A stretch of DNA of 64,000 nt from Candidatus Hydrogenedentota bacterium (GCA_963745075.1 CAVUWV010000010.1:160001-224000), one strand, 5' to 3'. Shown: positions 30,721-42,199, counted from the stretch's first letter. The notes: generated from the letters alone by a model not told the origin. Program-made: numbers and translations.

Positions 30721-32661
30721 GTGGCTGAAAAGGAGCAGGCGGAGCACGTAATCTCCGAAGAGCGCGACGAACTCAAGGGCGAGGAGGAAGAATCCGAGGA
30801 GCCCAAAGGGCGCAGTCTCGCGGTTTTCAGTCTGGCGGCGCTGGGCGTTGTATATGGGGATATCGGAACGAGCCCCCTGTACGCGCTGCGGAAGTGCTTC
30901 CACGAAACGCATACCCTGGCCGTTAATGAAGCGAATGTGCTTGGCGTGCTGTCGCTGATCCTGTGGTCGCTCATCCTTGTCGTGTCCGTGAAATACCTGG
31001 TCTACGTGATGAAAGCCAGCAACGACGGGGAAGGCGGTATCCTGGCCTTGATGGCGCTTGCCGTTCCCGGGGGGGAGCCAAGACGCCGCACCGAGTGGCT
31101 ATTGTTGGCCGTGGGCATGTTCGGAGGCGCGGGGCTCTACGCTGATGGTATGCTCACTCCGGCGATTTCGGTTATGAGCGCGGTGGAAGGGCTTGGCGTG
31201 GTGACGAAGTCCATGGACCCCTACATCGTGCCAATCACCGTGGGCATCTTGTTCGGCCTGTTCATGTTTCAACGCCGGGGGACCCTGGGTGTTGGGTCGG
31301 TTTTCGGCCCGGTCATGTTGCTGTGGTTCGTGACGCTCGCGGTGTTGGGGGTGCACGGCATCCTACGGGAACCCTCGGTCCTGCGCGCCGCGAATCCCTG
31401 GCACGCAATTCAATTCTTTTCGATGAACGGATGGGCGGGATACGTGATCCTCGGAAGCGTCTTCCTGGTAGTGACGGGCAGCGAAGCACTGTACGCAGAC
31501 ATGGGGCACCTCGGAAGAAATCCGATTCGCCTGGCGTGGTTTTCCCTCGTGTTGCCTGCGCTGGTGTTGAACTACTTTGGACAGGGCGCCTTGCTCTTGC
31601 AACAGAACGGCGTCGGAAACCCTTTCTACGAACTGGCGCCGGGCTGGACGCGATACCCGCTGGTTGGGTTGGCGATCGCGGCGACCGTGATCGCATCCCA
31701 AGCGATCATCTCAGGGGCCTTTTCGCTGACCCGGCAGGCGGTGTTGCTCGGCGAGCTTCCTCGTATGTCCATCGTACAAACTTCCCGCGAGAAGGTCGGA
31801 CAAATCTATATCCCGACCGTGAACTGGATACTGATGATCGCGGCCATCGGGCTGGTTCTTACCTTCCGGAAATCCACAAGCCTGGCCGGGGCCTACGGTA
31901 TGACGGTAAGCCAGGCGATGGTGATCACGACGGTGCTTGTGTATTTCGTAGCGCGGGACAAATGGCGGTGGAGCCTGTGGGCCGCCGGCGGGGTGACGGC
32001 CGCGCTGCTCGTGATGGACCTCGCTTTCCTGGGCACAAACCTGCTGAAGTTTCTCCAGGGCGGTTGGATCCCGCTCGCCGTTTCACTGGTCGTATGGGGG
32101 GTGATGCATTGCTGGCGACACGGACAGAGCACGGTCGGGAGGTGGGTGGAAGAGGCCACCGTCCCCGTAGAAGCGGTTCAGAAGCGCATCAAGGAGGATC
32201 AATTGCCCCGGGTGCCGGGGACCGCAGTCTTCTTGACCGCGCAGCCCCAGGGGGTGCCTATGATTCTCGTCCGACATATCGAGCACAATCAAGTGTTGCA
32301 CGAGCGCGTGGTCCTGACAACGGTGGAGATGGAAAAGGTGCCGAGGGTGTCCTGGAAAGAGCGTGTCGAAGTGAAGGAACTCGGCGACGGTTTGTGGCGA
32401 ATGATCTTGCACTATGGATTCATGGAAGATCCCAATATCCCGGCCGTGCTTCGCAGAGAAAAGGAAAAGCTGGACCTGGACCTCGAAAAGGTGACGTACT
32501 ACGTGGGGCACCTGATGTTGGTTCGAAGCGAAGCGGATCGGAGACGCTCCTGGCGTACCAGAGTGTACGCCGTGTTGGCCCGAAATGCCGCCGAGTCAAC
32601 CGCGTTCTACGGCCTGCCCGCCGACCGTGTCTTTGACACCGGGGTGCGGGTGGAATTGTAA
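30721..32661 (+). CDS. kup: KUP/HAK/KT potassium transporter
   Basis: LGVVYGDIGTSPLYA, GEGGILAL, TGSEALYADMGH, GQIYIP, VPGTAVFLT. Confidence 0.95.
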   Translation: MAEKEQAEHVISEERDELKGEEEESEEPKGRSLAVFSLAALGVVYGDIGTSPLYALRKCFHETHTLAVNEANVLGVLSLILWSLILVVSVKYLVYVMKASNDGEGGILALMALAVPGGEPRRRTEWLLLAVGMFGGAGLYADGMLTPAISVMSAVEGLGVVTKSMDPYIVPITVGILFGLFMFQRRGTLGVGSVFGPVMLLWFVTLAVLGVHGILREPSVLRAANPWHAIQFFSMNGWAGYVILGSVFLVVTGSEALYADMGHLGRNPIRLAWFSLVLPALVLNYFGQGALLLQQNGVGNPFYELAPGWTRYPLVGLAIAATVIASQAIISGAFSLTRQAVLLGELPRMSIVQTSREKVGQIYIPTVNWILMIAAIGLVLTFRKSTSLAGAYGMTVSQAMVITTVLVYFVARDKWRWSLWAAGGVTAALLVMDLAFLGTNLLKFLQGGWIPLAVSLVVWGVMHCWRHGQSTVGRWVEEATVPVEAVQKRIKEDQLPRVPGTAVFLTAQPQGVPMILVRHIEHNQVLHERVVLTTVEMEKVPRVSWKERVEVKELGDGLWRMILHYGFMEDPNIPAVLRREKEKLDLDLEKVTYYVGHLMLVRSEADRRRSWRTRVYAVLARNAAESTAFYGLPADRVFDTGVRVEL

Positions 32662-32744
32662 CCCTCGGGACTCGCCGCAGGCCCCGTCACCGAATGATCC
32701 CTTGACCTCGCAAAAGTATCCCCGCATGCGAACACGCCATACAC

Positions 32745-33953
32745 CTACTTGCTTTGCTCCTGGAGTTGCCGCAGCCGTTCGAGCGTCTGATTGATCTGTT
32801 CGATGTGAGTCAGGTGCCCGGAGTCCTGATACGTGTCCCGTATCTTCACAAAACGCGCGTCCCGCGCTTTGAACGCTTCAATCACGTCCGGGTCAAAGTG
32901 GCTTTCCGCCGCTTCCAGAATGATGTCCCGCGATTTCTCGTGAGGAAACGGCTCCTTGTACGGTCGTTTGGATGTCAGGGCATCGTACGCATCGCCCAAG
33001 GCCACGATACGTGCCGGAAGCGGAATCTCTTCTCCGGAAACGCCATAGGGGTAACCGCTGCCATCCCACTTCTCATGATGGTAGTAGGCGATATCCCGGC
33101 CCATCATCAGGAACGAATTGCCTCCGGCTTCCTCGTCGGCAGCCTTGAGTGTGTCACCGCCGACCAGCGTGTGCGTCTTCATGATGTCGAACTCTTCGAC
33201 GGTCAATTTGCCCGGTTTCAGCAGGATTTGATCCGGAATGCCGACCTTCCCAATGTCGTGGAGCGGACTCGAATAAAACAGAATCTCCACGAAACCGCTG
33301 TCGATGATTCCATCGTACTTTGGCCAGGAACCCATTTCGATGGCGATTTCACGGACATACCGGCGCATCCGTTCGAGATGTTCCCCCGTTTCCGGGTCGC
33401 GTGACTCGGCGAGTCGCGCCATGGAAAACATGGTGACCTGTTGCGTTCTCTCGAGTTGCGAGGTCCGTTCCCGCACCCGTTCCTCCAGGGCCTGATTGTC
33501 ACCCTCCAGACGCCGCTGGTACTTGATGATCTGATCCTGCAGGGCCTTCGATTTGACCGACGCACGGATGCGCGCATCGAGAAGCACCGGATCGATGGGC
33601 CGAATAAGGAAGTCGTCGACCCCTGCTTCCAAGGCCCGAATATTGGCTTCGTGCTCGGCCACGCCGGTGATGATGATAATCGGAATGTGCCGCGTCAAGA
33701 GATCGCGCTTTAACCGGTCACAAACCTCGAACCCGTTCATGTCCGGCATGACCAGATCAAGGAGTATGACGTCCGGAGGATCCTCCGCCACCATCTCCAA
33801 TGCGGCAGGGCCACTCAACGCTTCCGTAATGGTGTACCCTTTCGGCACCAGGAGACGCCGCATCAGTGCGATGTTCTCCGCCATGTCGTCCACCACCAGT
33901 ATCGTTGGACGGTCCTCTTCCGGCTCGGGCAATATCGGGCTCACCGAAGACAT
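32745..33953 (-). CDS. Response regulator with HD-GYP phosphodiesterase domain
   Basis: REC (ILVVDD, LLDLVMP); ETGEH, LHDIGK, HHEKWDGSGYP, DAYDAL, RPYK all intact. Confidence 0.92.
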   Translation of the reverse strand: MSSVSPILPEPEEDRPTILVVDDMAENIALMRRLLVPKGYTITEALSGPAALEMVAEDPPDVILLDLVMPDMNGFEVCDRLKRDLLTRHIPIIIITGVAEHEANIRALEAGVDDFLIRPIDPVLLDARIRASVKSKALQDQIIKYQRRLEGDNQALEERVRERTSQLERTQQVTMFSMARLAESRDPETGEHLERMRRYVREIAIEMGSWPKYDGIIDSGFVEILFYSSPLHDIGKVGIPDQILLKPGKLTVEEFDIMKTHTLVGGDTLKAADEEAGGNSFLMMGRDIAYYHHEKWDGSGYPYGVSGEEIPLPARIVALGDAYDALTSKRPYKEPFPHEKSRDIILEAAESHFDPDVIEAFKARDARFVKIRDTYQDSGHLTHIEQINQTLERLRQLQEQSK

Positions 33954-34347
33954 AAACTGCGCTCGCTCTGACCGGGGGAGATTCGTTCGAGACTCATTCT
34001 CTGTCCTTTCGAAGAGGTAGACCCCGCCTACGTCAAGCCGCACCCGGGGATGATCGGCATCTCGCCTGGCAGCTTGAGGCGTATACCCTTTCTCTATCGC
34101 AATCGTATCACAGGGATAGTCAGCCCGCAAGCGGCGCATTTGCCGCAGAACGCCACCTGAGTTCGGGCTTTTATTTGCGTGCGTGTTTCAAAAGTGGTCA
34201 TCACGCGGTTCATAAGACGTGCGGCGAATGTAGCGACGATCAACGGCACGAGACATAGCCACCGGTATTTGCGGGCGATGGCCGTTGATTCACGGCGATC
34301 CCATCCGGCATACTCGCCCATCGCGAATGTAAACCCGCTGAGGAACG

Positions 34348-34737
34348 ATGCCTGGTAAGCAGAAAGCCGTAAACTCCGGCAAAGAGTTGCAGATGGAAGT
34401 AGCCCGTTTGGGGGGCGCGCTGGGCCTTATCGTGGAGTTGGAGGTGCAGGTAGGGCGCCGAATCTGGGGCGCCAAGCGCCGGATCGATGTCGTTCTGAAG
34501 CATCCCGAGACGCGTGTGAGCCTTGGGGTCGAATGCAAGTACCAGGAAGTGAGTGGCAGCGCGGAAGAGAAGATTCCCGCGACCCTGGAAGACATTCGCG
34601 CCTGGCCCATCCGCGGCATCGTCGTCTATTGCGGCCGAGGCTTCTCGACGAACATGGAATCCTACCTGTTGTCGACCGGCATGGCCGTCGAACTTGCCGA
34701 CCTGCAGGACTGGCTGGAGTTGTATTTCGGGTTATGA
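34348..34737 (+). CDS. Small PD-(D/E)XK superfamily nuclease
   Basis: RIDVVL...GVECKYQ...GSAEEKIP pattern; translationally coupled (ATGA) to a DNA methylase. Confidence 0.7.
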   Translation: MPGKQKAVNSGKELQMEVARLGGALGLIVELEVQVGRRIWGAKRRIDVVLKHPETRVSLGVECKYQEVSGSAEEKIPATLEDIRAWPIRGIVVYCGRGFSTNMESYLLSTGMAVELADLQDWLELYFGL

Positions 34738-35585
34738 GAAACGTTCGCCGGAGGTTGGTGGTCCCGCGTCCCTTTCTCAAGTGGGTCGGGGGGAAGGGGC
34801 AGCTTCTCGAACCCCTGCTTCGCCAAGTCGAACGAGCCGGGGCGTTCGGCCGATACCACGAACCCTTCGTGGGAGGCGGCGCCTTGTTCTTCGAGCTGGC
34901 GCGCACAAACCGGCTGGGCCGAAAGCAAGCCTATCTCAGCGACAACAACGACCGGCTCATCGACGCCTACCGCGCCGTCAAAGACAACGTCGAGCGCGTC
35001 ATTGACCTGCTCCACGGGCATAAGGAACGCCATTCGGAACCCTATTACTACGAGGTCCGAGGCCAAGTGCCCGACGATGTGTACGAGCGCGCTGCACGAA
35101 TCATTTACTTGAACAAGACCTGCTATAACGGCTTGTTTCGCGAGAACAGCCGGGGAATTTTCAACGTGCCCTTCGGCCGGTACAAGAATCCCAGGATCTG
35201 CGACGAACCGAATTTACGCGCGGCGACCCAGGCGTTGGCTCGTGCCAAGGTTTCGGTTCGTTCCTTCGATACGGTGCTCAAGCAGGCGCAACCCGGCGAC
35301 CTCGTGTACTTCGATCCGCCCTACCACCCCGTGTCCAAGACCGCCTCGTTCACGGCCTACGACAAAGGAGGCTTTGGTGTGAAGGCCCAGGAGCGTCTCG
35401 CCGAAGTTGCACGCGCCCTCGACCAGAAGGGCGTCAAATTCATCTTGTCTAATTCCATGACGGAGCTGATTCGTACGTTATACAAACCGCACTTCCACGT
35501 TGACGAAGTCTACGCAACGCGAGCGGTCAACAGCCGCGCTGACCGTCGTGGGAAAGTTTCTGAGGCGCTCGTTCACAATTTCTGA
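34734..35585 (+). CDS. DNA adenine methyltransferase, Dam/D12 family
   Basis: KWVGGK, EPFVGGGA, YLNKTCYNGLFRENSRG.FNVPFG, YFDPPY, ILSNS. Confidence 0.92.
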   Translation: MRNVRRRLVVPRPFLKWVGGKGQLLEPLLRQVERAGAFGRYHEPFVGGGALFFELARTNRLGRKQAYLSDNNDRLIDAYRAVKDNVERVIDLLHGHKERHSEPYYYEVRGQVPDDVYERAARIIYLNKTCYNGLFRENSRGIFNVPFGRYKNPRICDEPNLRAATQALARAKVSVRSFDTVLKQAQPGDLVYFDPPYHPVSKTASFTAYDKGGFGVKAQERLAEVARALDQKGVKFILSNSMTELIRTLYKPHFHVDEVYATRAVNSRADRRGKVSEALVHNF

Positions 35586-35624
35586 TGCGCCCTCCCGGGC
35601 AGGCGATGGGAGCGCGCTATACGG

Positions 35625-37110
35625 TTAAAGCAGCGCTCCGCTGTGTATCAGTTCGGTGGCTTTCTCGGAGAGGACAGGATCGAATTGGGTGCCGCTCTTT
35701 TTCCGCAATTCCGCCATGATAATCTCCGGGGAAAGAGCCTTCCGGTAGGGACGGTCGCTGAACATTGCGACTATCGCTTCCGCAATGCAGACAAGCCGCA
35801 CCACCAGCGGGATCGCCTCTCCCGACAACCCGTCCGGGTACCCCGAGCCGTCCATATGCTCGTGATGGTGCCGCACGATCTGGCGGTACTCGCGCGGCAA
35901 CATTTCCGCGGCACTCACAATGTCGTACCCGATAATCGTGTGCTGCTGGACTTGCTCCCGCTCTTCGGGACTGAGTTGCTCCGGCTTTTGCAAGACTTCC
36001 GGGCTGATCCCCAGGTTTCCGATATTGTGGAACATCGCCACAAGCCCCAGTTGTTCGCATTCCCGCGGCGCAAGACCCATACGTTCGGCCAATTGCGTTG
36101 CCACGTCCCGCACGCGGCTGCTGTGCCCGCGGAGATACTGGTCCCGCGCCTCCATGCAGTTGGGCCATGTTTTCCAGCGCGGCAACGTGTGCGTTCTCCG
36201 CTTTCCGGATTCTCCGAATGTTCCACATCGCCGCTGCCGCATGGTTCGCCACGATGTCGAGCGTCTTCAGATCCGCTTCCGTGAACCGGCCGTTCCCGTG
36301 CTTTCCGCAAACGTTCAGGACGGCGAGCACTTGAGGCGGTGTCGTCGAGCCCTCCGATACGGCTCGAGTCTTGAGCGGCAGCGATACGAAGGAGGTCTCG
36401 GTAAGTCGCCGGCTCATTTGTTCCACTTCGGGATGGTTCGCGATGTTTTCTACGAGAATGGACGCGCCGCTTGCCGCGACCTTCCCCGAAATGCTCTTCC
36501 CGATCTCGACCGTTGTGGACTTGGCTTCGTCCGAGAGGCCCGCGCTCGCCGCGACTTCCAACGTATGGCCGTTCTGACCGGCGATCATGAGGGAGCCACG
36601 GTATGCGCCTACCTGGTTCAGCGCTGCCTGCAGGACGAACTCCAATAGCTGACTCTCATCTTGCATACCGGCCATGGACTCGCTGATATCGAAGATCTCC
36701 GTAAGTTCGCGCAATCGCGCGTTCTCCGTAGCCAACCGGTATCGTTCGATGGCGTTGGCAACCGCCAGCTTCACTTCACTCAGGCTGAACGGTTTCAGGA
36801 CGTAGTCGTAGGCGCCTTCTTTTACCGCGGCGCGCGCAGTCTCCAGCGTGGCGAATCCCGTCATGACGATGGGAATGAGGGTGGGGCGAATCTTGCGAGC
36901 TTCACGGATGAGCTGGATGCCGTCCATATCCGGCATCATGATATCCGTGAACAGAAGGACGAAATCTTCCCGGTCACGCAGTAAATCCAATGCCGCCGGC
37001 GCGTTCGACCTGGCCTCCACAGGATATCCGTCATCCTCGAGAATATCGGTTAAGAGTTCCCGGATGACGGCCTCATCATCTACGACCAGGATCTTATTCG
37101 TACTATTCAT
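35625..37110 (-). CDS. REC-GAF-HD-GYP protein with degenerate HD motif (frameshift near 36165)
   Basis: REC (LVVDDE, TDIMMP, LKPF) and GAF, then in the shifted frame GHSSRV, HNIGN, HHEHMDGSGYP, RPYRK. Confidence 0.82.
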
Positions 37111-37179
37111 AAATCCTGCCTGTGGAGTCCACACTTCCGAAATGATACCACATGGGGAAACGTATTGCCCAACGCTCAA

Positions 37180-38553
37180 TCACTTCAGTGATTTACGCGC
37201 CGCACGCAACGCAGTGCGCACACGGCGCGGCGATGTCCCGCCGGGATGGTCCCGCCGTTGGACGATCGATTTCGTGTCGAGCACGCGATGTACATCCCGC
37301 TCAAAACACGAATGGAACACGGCAAATTCCCCCGTGGTCAATTCCGGCAGGCGTTTGCCGTTCTTGATGCAATGGAGCACGATCCGTCCGACCACCCCAT
37401 GGGCCTCCCGGAACGGGACTCCTTTCCCAACGAGATAGTCCGCCAAATCGGTCGCTTCCAGGAATCCTTCACGCGTTGCCTTCTCCATCGCATCCGCGCG
37501 AACCGCGATCGAAGGAATCATGCGCGCCACGACCGCCACACACAATTGCACGGTGTCGGCAGCGTCAAACAACGGCTCCTTGTCTTCCTGGAGGTCCCGG
37601 TTGTAGGTCAGGGGGAGTCCCTTCATTAACGTCAACAGTGCGGTGAGATCGCCGAAAACACGGCCCGTCTTGCCGCGGACCAACTCGGCCACGTCCGGAT
37701 TCTTTTTCTGCGGCATGATGCTCGATCCCGTCGTATAGGCGTCGCCGATCTCGATAAATCCGAATTCCGGCGTGGACCAGAGAATCAGCTCCTCGCACAA
37801 GCGGCTCAGATGCATCATCACCAGCGAAGCGTTCGAGCAGAATTCGATCGCGAAGTCCCGATCGGATACGGAATCCATGCTGTTCGGCGAAATCGCGTCG
37901 AATTCCAGCGCGTCTGCCACCATCTTGCGGTCAATGGGGTAGGGGGTGCCCGCCAGCGCGGCCGAACCCAGGGGCAATACGTTAACCCGCCGCCGCAATT
38001 GGGCAAAGCGTTCCGCGTCCCGCGAGAACATCTCGTAATACGCCAGATAGTGGTGGGCCAGCAGCACGGGCTGCGCGTGCTGAAGGTGGGTACACCCCGG
38101 AAGTACTACGTCAATGTGCTGTTCTCCGAACGCCACGAAGGCGAGACGAAGTTCGCGGAGCAGCCCCAGGAGCGCATCGATCTGGTCGCGCATCCACAGC
38201 CGGACGTCCGTCGCGATCTGATCGTTCCGGCTCCGCCCCGTGTGTAGGCGCTTTCCTGCATCGCCGATGCGTTTGACCAGCGCCGCTTCGATGTTCGTAT
38301 GCACATCTTCCAGCGACGGGTCGAACCTGAACTTGCCGGATTCGATTTGCTTCGCAATGGTCTTAAGGCCCGACACGATCGTGCGCGCGTCGGTCTTGGT
38401 CAGGATGCCCTGTTCGCCAAGCATGCGCGCGTGCGCAATGCTGGCGCGGATATCCCACGGCGCCAGCCGTGCATCAAACGACACGGATTCGCCCAGTATC
38501 TCGACCAAGGCATCGGTCTTCGCCTCGAACCGGCCGCCCCACTGTTTCGCCAT
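37180..38553 (-). CDS. argH: Argininosuccinate lyase
   Basis: WGGRF, LHTGRSRNDQ, THLQHAQP, GSSIMPQKKNPD, YNRDLQEDK. Confidence 0.97.
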   Translation of the reverse strand: MAKQWGGRFEAKTDALVEILGESVSFDARLAPWDIRASIAHARMLGEQGILTKTDARTIVSGLKTIAKQIESGKFRFDPSLEDVHTNIEAALVKRIGDAGKRLHTGRSRNDQIATDVRLWMRDQIDALLGLLRELRLAFVAFGEQHIDVVLPGCTHLQHAQPVLLAHHYLAYYEMFSRDAERFAQLRRRVNVLPLGSAALAGTPYPIDRKMVADALEFDAISPNSMDSVSDRDFAIEFCSNASLVMMHLSRLCEELILWSTPEFGFIEIGDAYTTGSSIMPQKKNPDVAELVRGKTGRVFGDLTALLTLMKGLPLTYNRDLQEDKEPLFDAADTVQLCVAVVARMIPSIAVRADAMEKATREGFLEATDLADYLVGKGVPFREAHGVVGRIVLHCIKNGKRLPELTTGEFAVFHSCFERDVHRVLDTKSIVQRRDHPGGTSPRRVRTALRAARKSLK

Positions 38554-38598
38554 ATCGCGTCAGCTTCCCATGGTTGGTCTACGCGCGAGCACGTACGC

Positions 38599-39816
38599 CT
38601 ACGATTCCAATCCTGCGTTTTTTCGTACCCGCAGGCGCAACGCATTCAGCCGGATGAAGGCGCCGGCATCGCTCTGGGCATAGGCCCCCTCGTCTTCTTC
38701 GAAGGTCGAAATCTGCGGGTCGTACAAGGATTTCGGCGCTTTGCGGCCCACGACCGTGCAGTTCCCCTTGAAGAGTTTGAGTCGCGCCGTTCCCGTGACG
38801 TTCTCCTGGCTCTGGTCTACAAACGCCTTGAGCAGTTTCATCTCTGGCGCGAACCAGAATCCGTTGTACATGAGTTGGGCGATCTTGGGAGACAGCCGGT
38901 CGCGCTCCAGCATGACTTCGCGGTCCATGGTGATCGATTCCACTGCGCGATGGGCCGCATACAGGATGGTCCCGCCCGGCGTCTCGTAAACCCCCCGGGA
39001 TTTCATCCCTACAAACCGGTTCTCGACCAAGTCGACCCGGCCGACCCCGTTCGCGCCTGCCACCGCGTTCAAGGTTTCCATCAGTTCGACTGCTCCCAAC
39101 CGTTTCCCATCGACGGCAACCGGAGTGCCTTCCTCGAAATCCACCTCCACGTAGGTGGGCGCATCGGGCGCTTGCGAAGGGTCCACCGAGCGCCGGAACA
39201 TGTCCATCGGGGGCTCGTTCCAGGGATCCTCCAGGATGCCGCCTTCGTAGGAGATGTGCAGCAGGTTCGCGTCCATCGAATACGGCTTCGCCGCCGTGAC
39301 CGGAACGTCGATGCCGTGCTTCTTCGCGTAATCGAGCATCTTCGTGCGACTCGTCAGGTCCCACTTCGGGTCGCGCCACGGCGCAATGATAGTCACGTTC
39401 GGCTCCAGCGCCAGATAGGTCAACTCGAACCGAACCTGGTCATTCCCTTTCCCCGTGGCGCCGTGGGATACCGCATCGGCCTTTTCCTTGCGGAGGACGT
39501 CGATTTGTCCCTTGGCGATGAGGGGCCGAGCAATGCTGGTGCCCAACAGGTAAGAGCCTTCGTAGATTGCATTGGCTCGCATGGCCGGGAACACGTAGTC
39601 CCGCACGAATTCCTGACGCAAATCCAGGCAGTGCACCGCGCTGGCACCCGTCTTCTTGGCCTTTTCAATCGCTGGGGCCGTCTCTTCGCCCTGTCCAATG
39701 TCGGCAATATACGCCACAATGTCAGCTTTATACGTCTCTTGCAGCCACTTCAGGATGACCGACGTGTCCAGTCCGCCCGAATAGGCAAGTACAATTTTCT
39801 TTACTTCTGACGCCAT
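38599..39816 (-). CDS. argG: Argininosuccinate synthase
   Basis: [39 protein letters not shown]. Confidence 0.97.
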   Translation of the reverse strand: MASEVKKIVLAYSGGLDTSVILKWLQETYKADIVAYIADIGQGEETAPAIEKAKKTGASAVHCLDLRQEFVRDYVFPAMRANAIYEGSYLLGTSIARPLIAKGQIDVLRKEKADAVSHGATGKGNDQVRFELTYLALEPNVTIIAPWRDPKWDLTSRTKMLDYAKKHGIDVPVTAAKPYSMDANLLHISYEGGILEDPWNEPPMDMFRRSVDPSQAPDAPTYVEVDFEEGTPVAVDGKRLGAVELMETLNAVAGANGVGRVDLVENRFVGMKSRGVYETPGGTILYAAHRAVESITMDREVMLERDRLSPKIAQLMYNGFWFAPEMKLLKAFVDQSQENVTGTARLKLFKGNCTVVGRKAPKSLYDPQISTFEEDEGAYAQSDAGAFIRLNALRLRVRKNAGLES

Positions 39817-39906
39817 TTCCCGTTTCCCTTTCTTAATCTCGAATGCCACGCCTCGTTGGTTTTCCGATTTTGCGGCAGTTTAAGTCCCGCTGCGCGGACC
39901 CGAATT

Positions 39907-40833
39907 TTAGCGGTTCCCCAGCAAACTGACCAGCACCGCCTTCTGCGCGTGAAGGCGATTCTCGGCCTCGTCAAACACAATGGAGCGTTCCCCGTCGATC
40001 ACTTCGTCAGTGACTTCCAGACCACGTTTTGCCGGCAGGCAGTGCATGAATAGCGCATCCGGCTTCGCCAGAGACATGAGCGGAGAATTCACCTGATACG
40101 GAGCGAAGATTTTTGCCCGTTCCTCCGTCTCTTCCTCCTGGCCCATGCTGACCCACACGTCCGTGTAGATTGCGTCGGCGTACTTCAGTCCGGCTTCAAT
40201 GTCGTGGGTGACTTCGACGGTCCCTTTTGCATGACGCTGCGCGTAGGCGAGGATTTCCGGGTCGAGTTCGTATCCTTCCGGGCACACCAGCGTCACATTG
40301 AGCGGAATGCGCGCGGCGAAATTGAACCATGACGCGCACACGTTATTCCCGTCGCCAACGAAGGCCAGCTTCAGACTCCCCAAATCGCCTTTGTGTTCGA
40401 TCAAGGCTTGGGCGTCGGCCAGGACCTGGCAAGGGTGCAGTTTGTCCGTGAGCGCGTTGATCACCGGTACGGAAGAATACGCGGCCAAGTCCACGACCGA
40501 TTCGTGCAGGTACGTGCGTGCCACGATGCCATCCACCCACCGTTCCAGGTTGCGTGCGATGTCCGGGACCGATTCCCGCTCGCCCAGTTTGATCTGGCCG
40601 GACTCCAGCACGATCCCGTGCCCGCCAAGCTGAAAGATGCCGGTCTCGAACGTGACCCGGGTACGCAGGCTCGGCTTCTCAAAGATCATCGCGATGGTCT
40701 TGCCTTCCAGACGATGGGTGGACTTGCCGGCTTTCTGCGCCTTCTTGAGTTCGGCGGCGAGATCGAGCAATGCGGTGATTTCATCCGTCGTCAGGTCTGC
40801 GAGCGAGATGAGGTCGTGGAGCATATCAGCCAT
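39907..40833 (-). CDS. argF: Ornithine carbamoyltransferase
   Basis: FEKPSLRTR, HPCQ, YTDVWVSMG, HCLP, AENR. Confidence 0.96.
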   Translation of the reverse strand: MADMLHDLISLADLTTDEITALLDLAAELKKAQKAGKSTHRLEGKTIAMIFEKPSLRTRVTFETGIFQLGGHGIVLESGQIKLGERESVPDIARNLERWVDGIVARTYLHESVVDLAAYSSVPVINALTDKLHPCQVLADAQALIEHKGDLGSLKLAFVGDGNNVCASWFNFAARIPLNVTLVCPEGYELDPEILAYAQRHAKGTVEVTHDIEAGLKYADAIYTDVWVSMGQEEETEERAKIFAPYQVNSPLMSLAKPDALFMHCLPAKRGLEVTDEVIDGERSIVFDEAENRLHAQKAVLVSLLGNR

Positions 40834-42013
40834 CTCCGAGGGCGGCGTCGAGCGTCGAGACCACCCGGTCCACTTGGTCGTCCGTCACAATCAGCGGGGG
40901 TACGAACCGCAGCACGTTGGGTCCGGCTGGACCGCATACGATACCGCTGGCAAGCATCTTCTGAACGACGGGGGCGACTGCATCCTTCATTTCCACCCCA
41001 ATCATCAGCCCTTTACCGCGAATCTCGACGATCTGCCCGTGCTTTTGGGCCAGTTCCTTTAACCCGTGAAGGAAATGTTCTCCAACCTTGGCCACTCGAT
41101 CGAGAAATCCCGGCGCGAGCATCGTTTCCAGCGTGGCCTTGGCCGCCGCCGTGCACAGCGGGTTGCCGCCGAAGGTCGTTGCGTGCGAGCCGACGCTGAA
41201 GCCGGACGCCGCTTCTTCCGTGCAGCCCATCGCGCCGATGGGAACCCCGTTCCCCAGGGCCTTCGCGACGGTCATGATATCCGGTGTGACGCCGTAATGC
41301 TCGTGCGCGAACAACTTCCCGGTCCGGCCCATGCCAGTCTGGACTTCGTCAAATAATAACAAGATACCCTTCTTGTCGCACAGTTCGCGAACACCCTGGA
41401 CGAATGCTTCGTCCGCAACGCGCACGCCGCCCTCTCCCTGGATGGGTTCGAGAATGATGGCGCCCGTTTCGGGCGTAATCGCCTCGGTAAGGGCCGCGAG
41501 ATCGTTGAAAGGAACGTGCTTGATGCCCGGAAGCATAGGGGCGAAGCCTTCGTGATATTTCGGTTGCCCCGTTGCCGTGATTGCGGCCATGGTCCGCCCG
41601 TGGAAAGACTGGTTCATGGCGATGATCTCGGGTTTGGGCGTGCCCTTCTGATGCCAGTACCGGCGGGCGAGTTTGAAGGCGGCTTCGACGGCCGTCGCGC
41701 CGCAGTTCGAGAAGAACCACCGATCCGCGAAGGTGTGTTTACATAACAACGCCGCAAGTTCGACTTGCGGCTGGGTGTGGTACAGGTTCGAAACATGTAC
41801 CAGCGTCTTCGCCTGGGTGCAGAGGGCCTCGGTCACCGCGGGATGGCAGTGTCCCAGGCCGACCACAGCGATGCCCGCAAAGAAGTCGAGGTACTCCTTG
41901 CCGTCGGCATCCCAAAGCGCCGTCCCCTTGCCGCGGACGAAGGCCAGATCCCGCGATCCGTAGGTGTTGATGATGTGCGCTTCCCCGAGGGCTTTGATCT
42001 CGCTTGTATTCAT
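40826..42013 (-). CDS. argD: Acetylornithine aminotransferase
   Basis: FHGRT, EPIQGEGG, DEVQTG, TVAKALG, TTFGGNP; located in the arg operon. Confidence 0.93.
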   Translation of the reverse strand: MNTSEIKALGEAHIINTYGSRDLAFVRGKGTALWDADGKEYLDFFAGIAVVGLGHCHPAVTEALCTQAKTLVHVSNLYHTQPQVELAALLCKHTFADRWFFSNCGATAVEAAFKLARRYWHQKGTPKPEIIAMNQSFHGRTMAAITATGQPKYHEGFAPMLPGIKHVPFNDLAALTEAITPETGAIILEPIQGEGGVRVADEAFVQGVRELCDKKGILLLFDEVQTGMGRTGKLFAHEHYGVTPDIMTVAKALGNGVPIGAMGCTEEAASGFSVGSHATTFGGNPLCTAAAKATLETMLAPGFLDRVAKVGEHFLHGLKELAQKHGQIVEIRGKGLMIGVEMKDAVAPVVQKMLASGIVCGPAGPNVLRFVPPLIVTDDQVDRVVSTLDAALGDG

Positions 42014-42199
42014 GGTCCCGTGCTCCCCTGTTCCTGCGTTGCCGCGCCTGCGTTTATGTCATGGGACACGCTATGCGCATTTCCACGCCGGAAGAGGGCT
42101 CCCCTTGCTGGTGACGGATCTGCGTTCCGTTACCCCAGTTGTGGTAATAAACAGTTCGAGCGCGCTCGAAACAATGCCGAACGCGCCCGGTACGAACGT

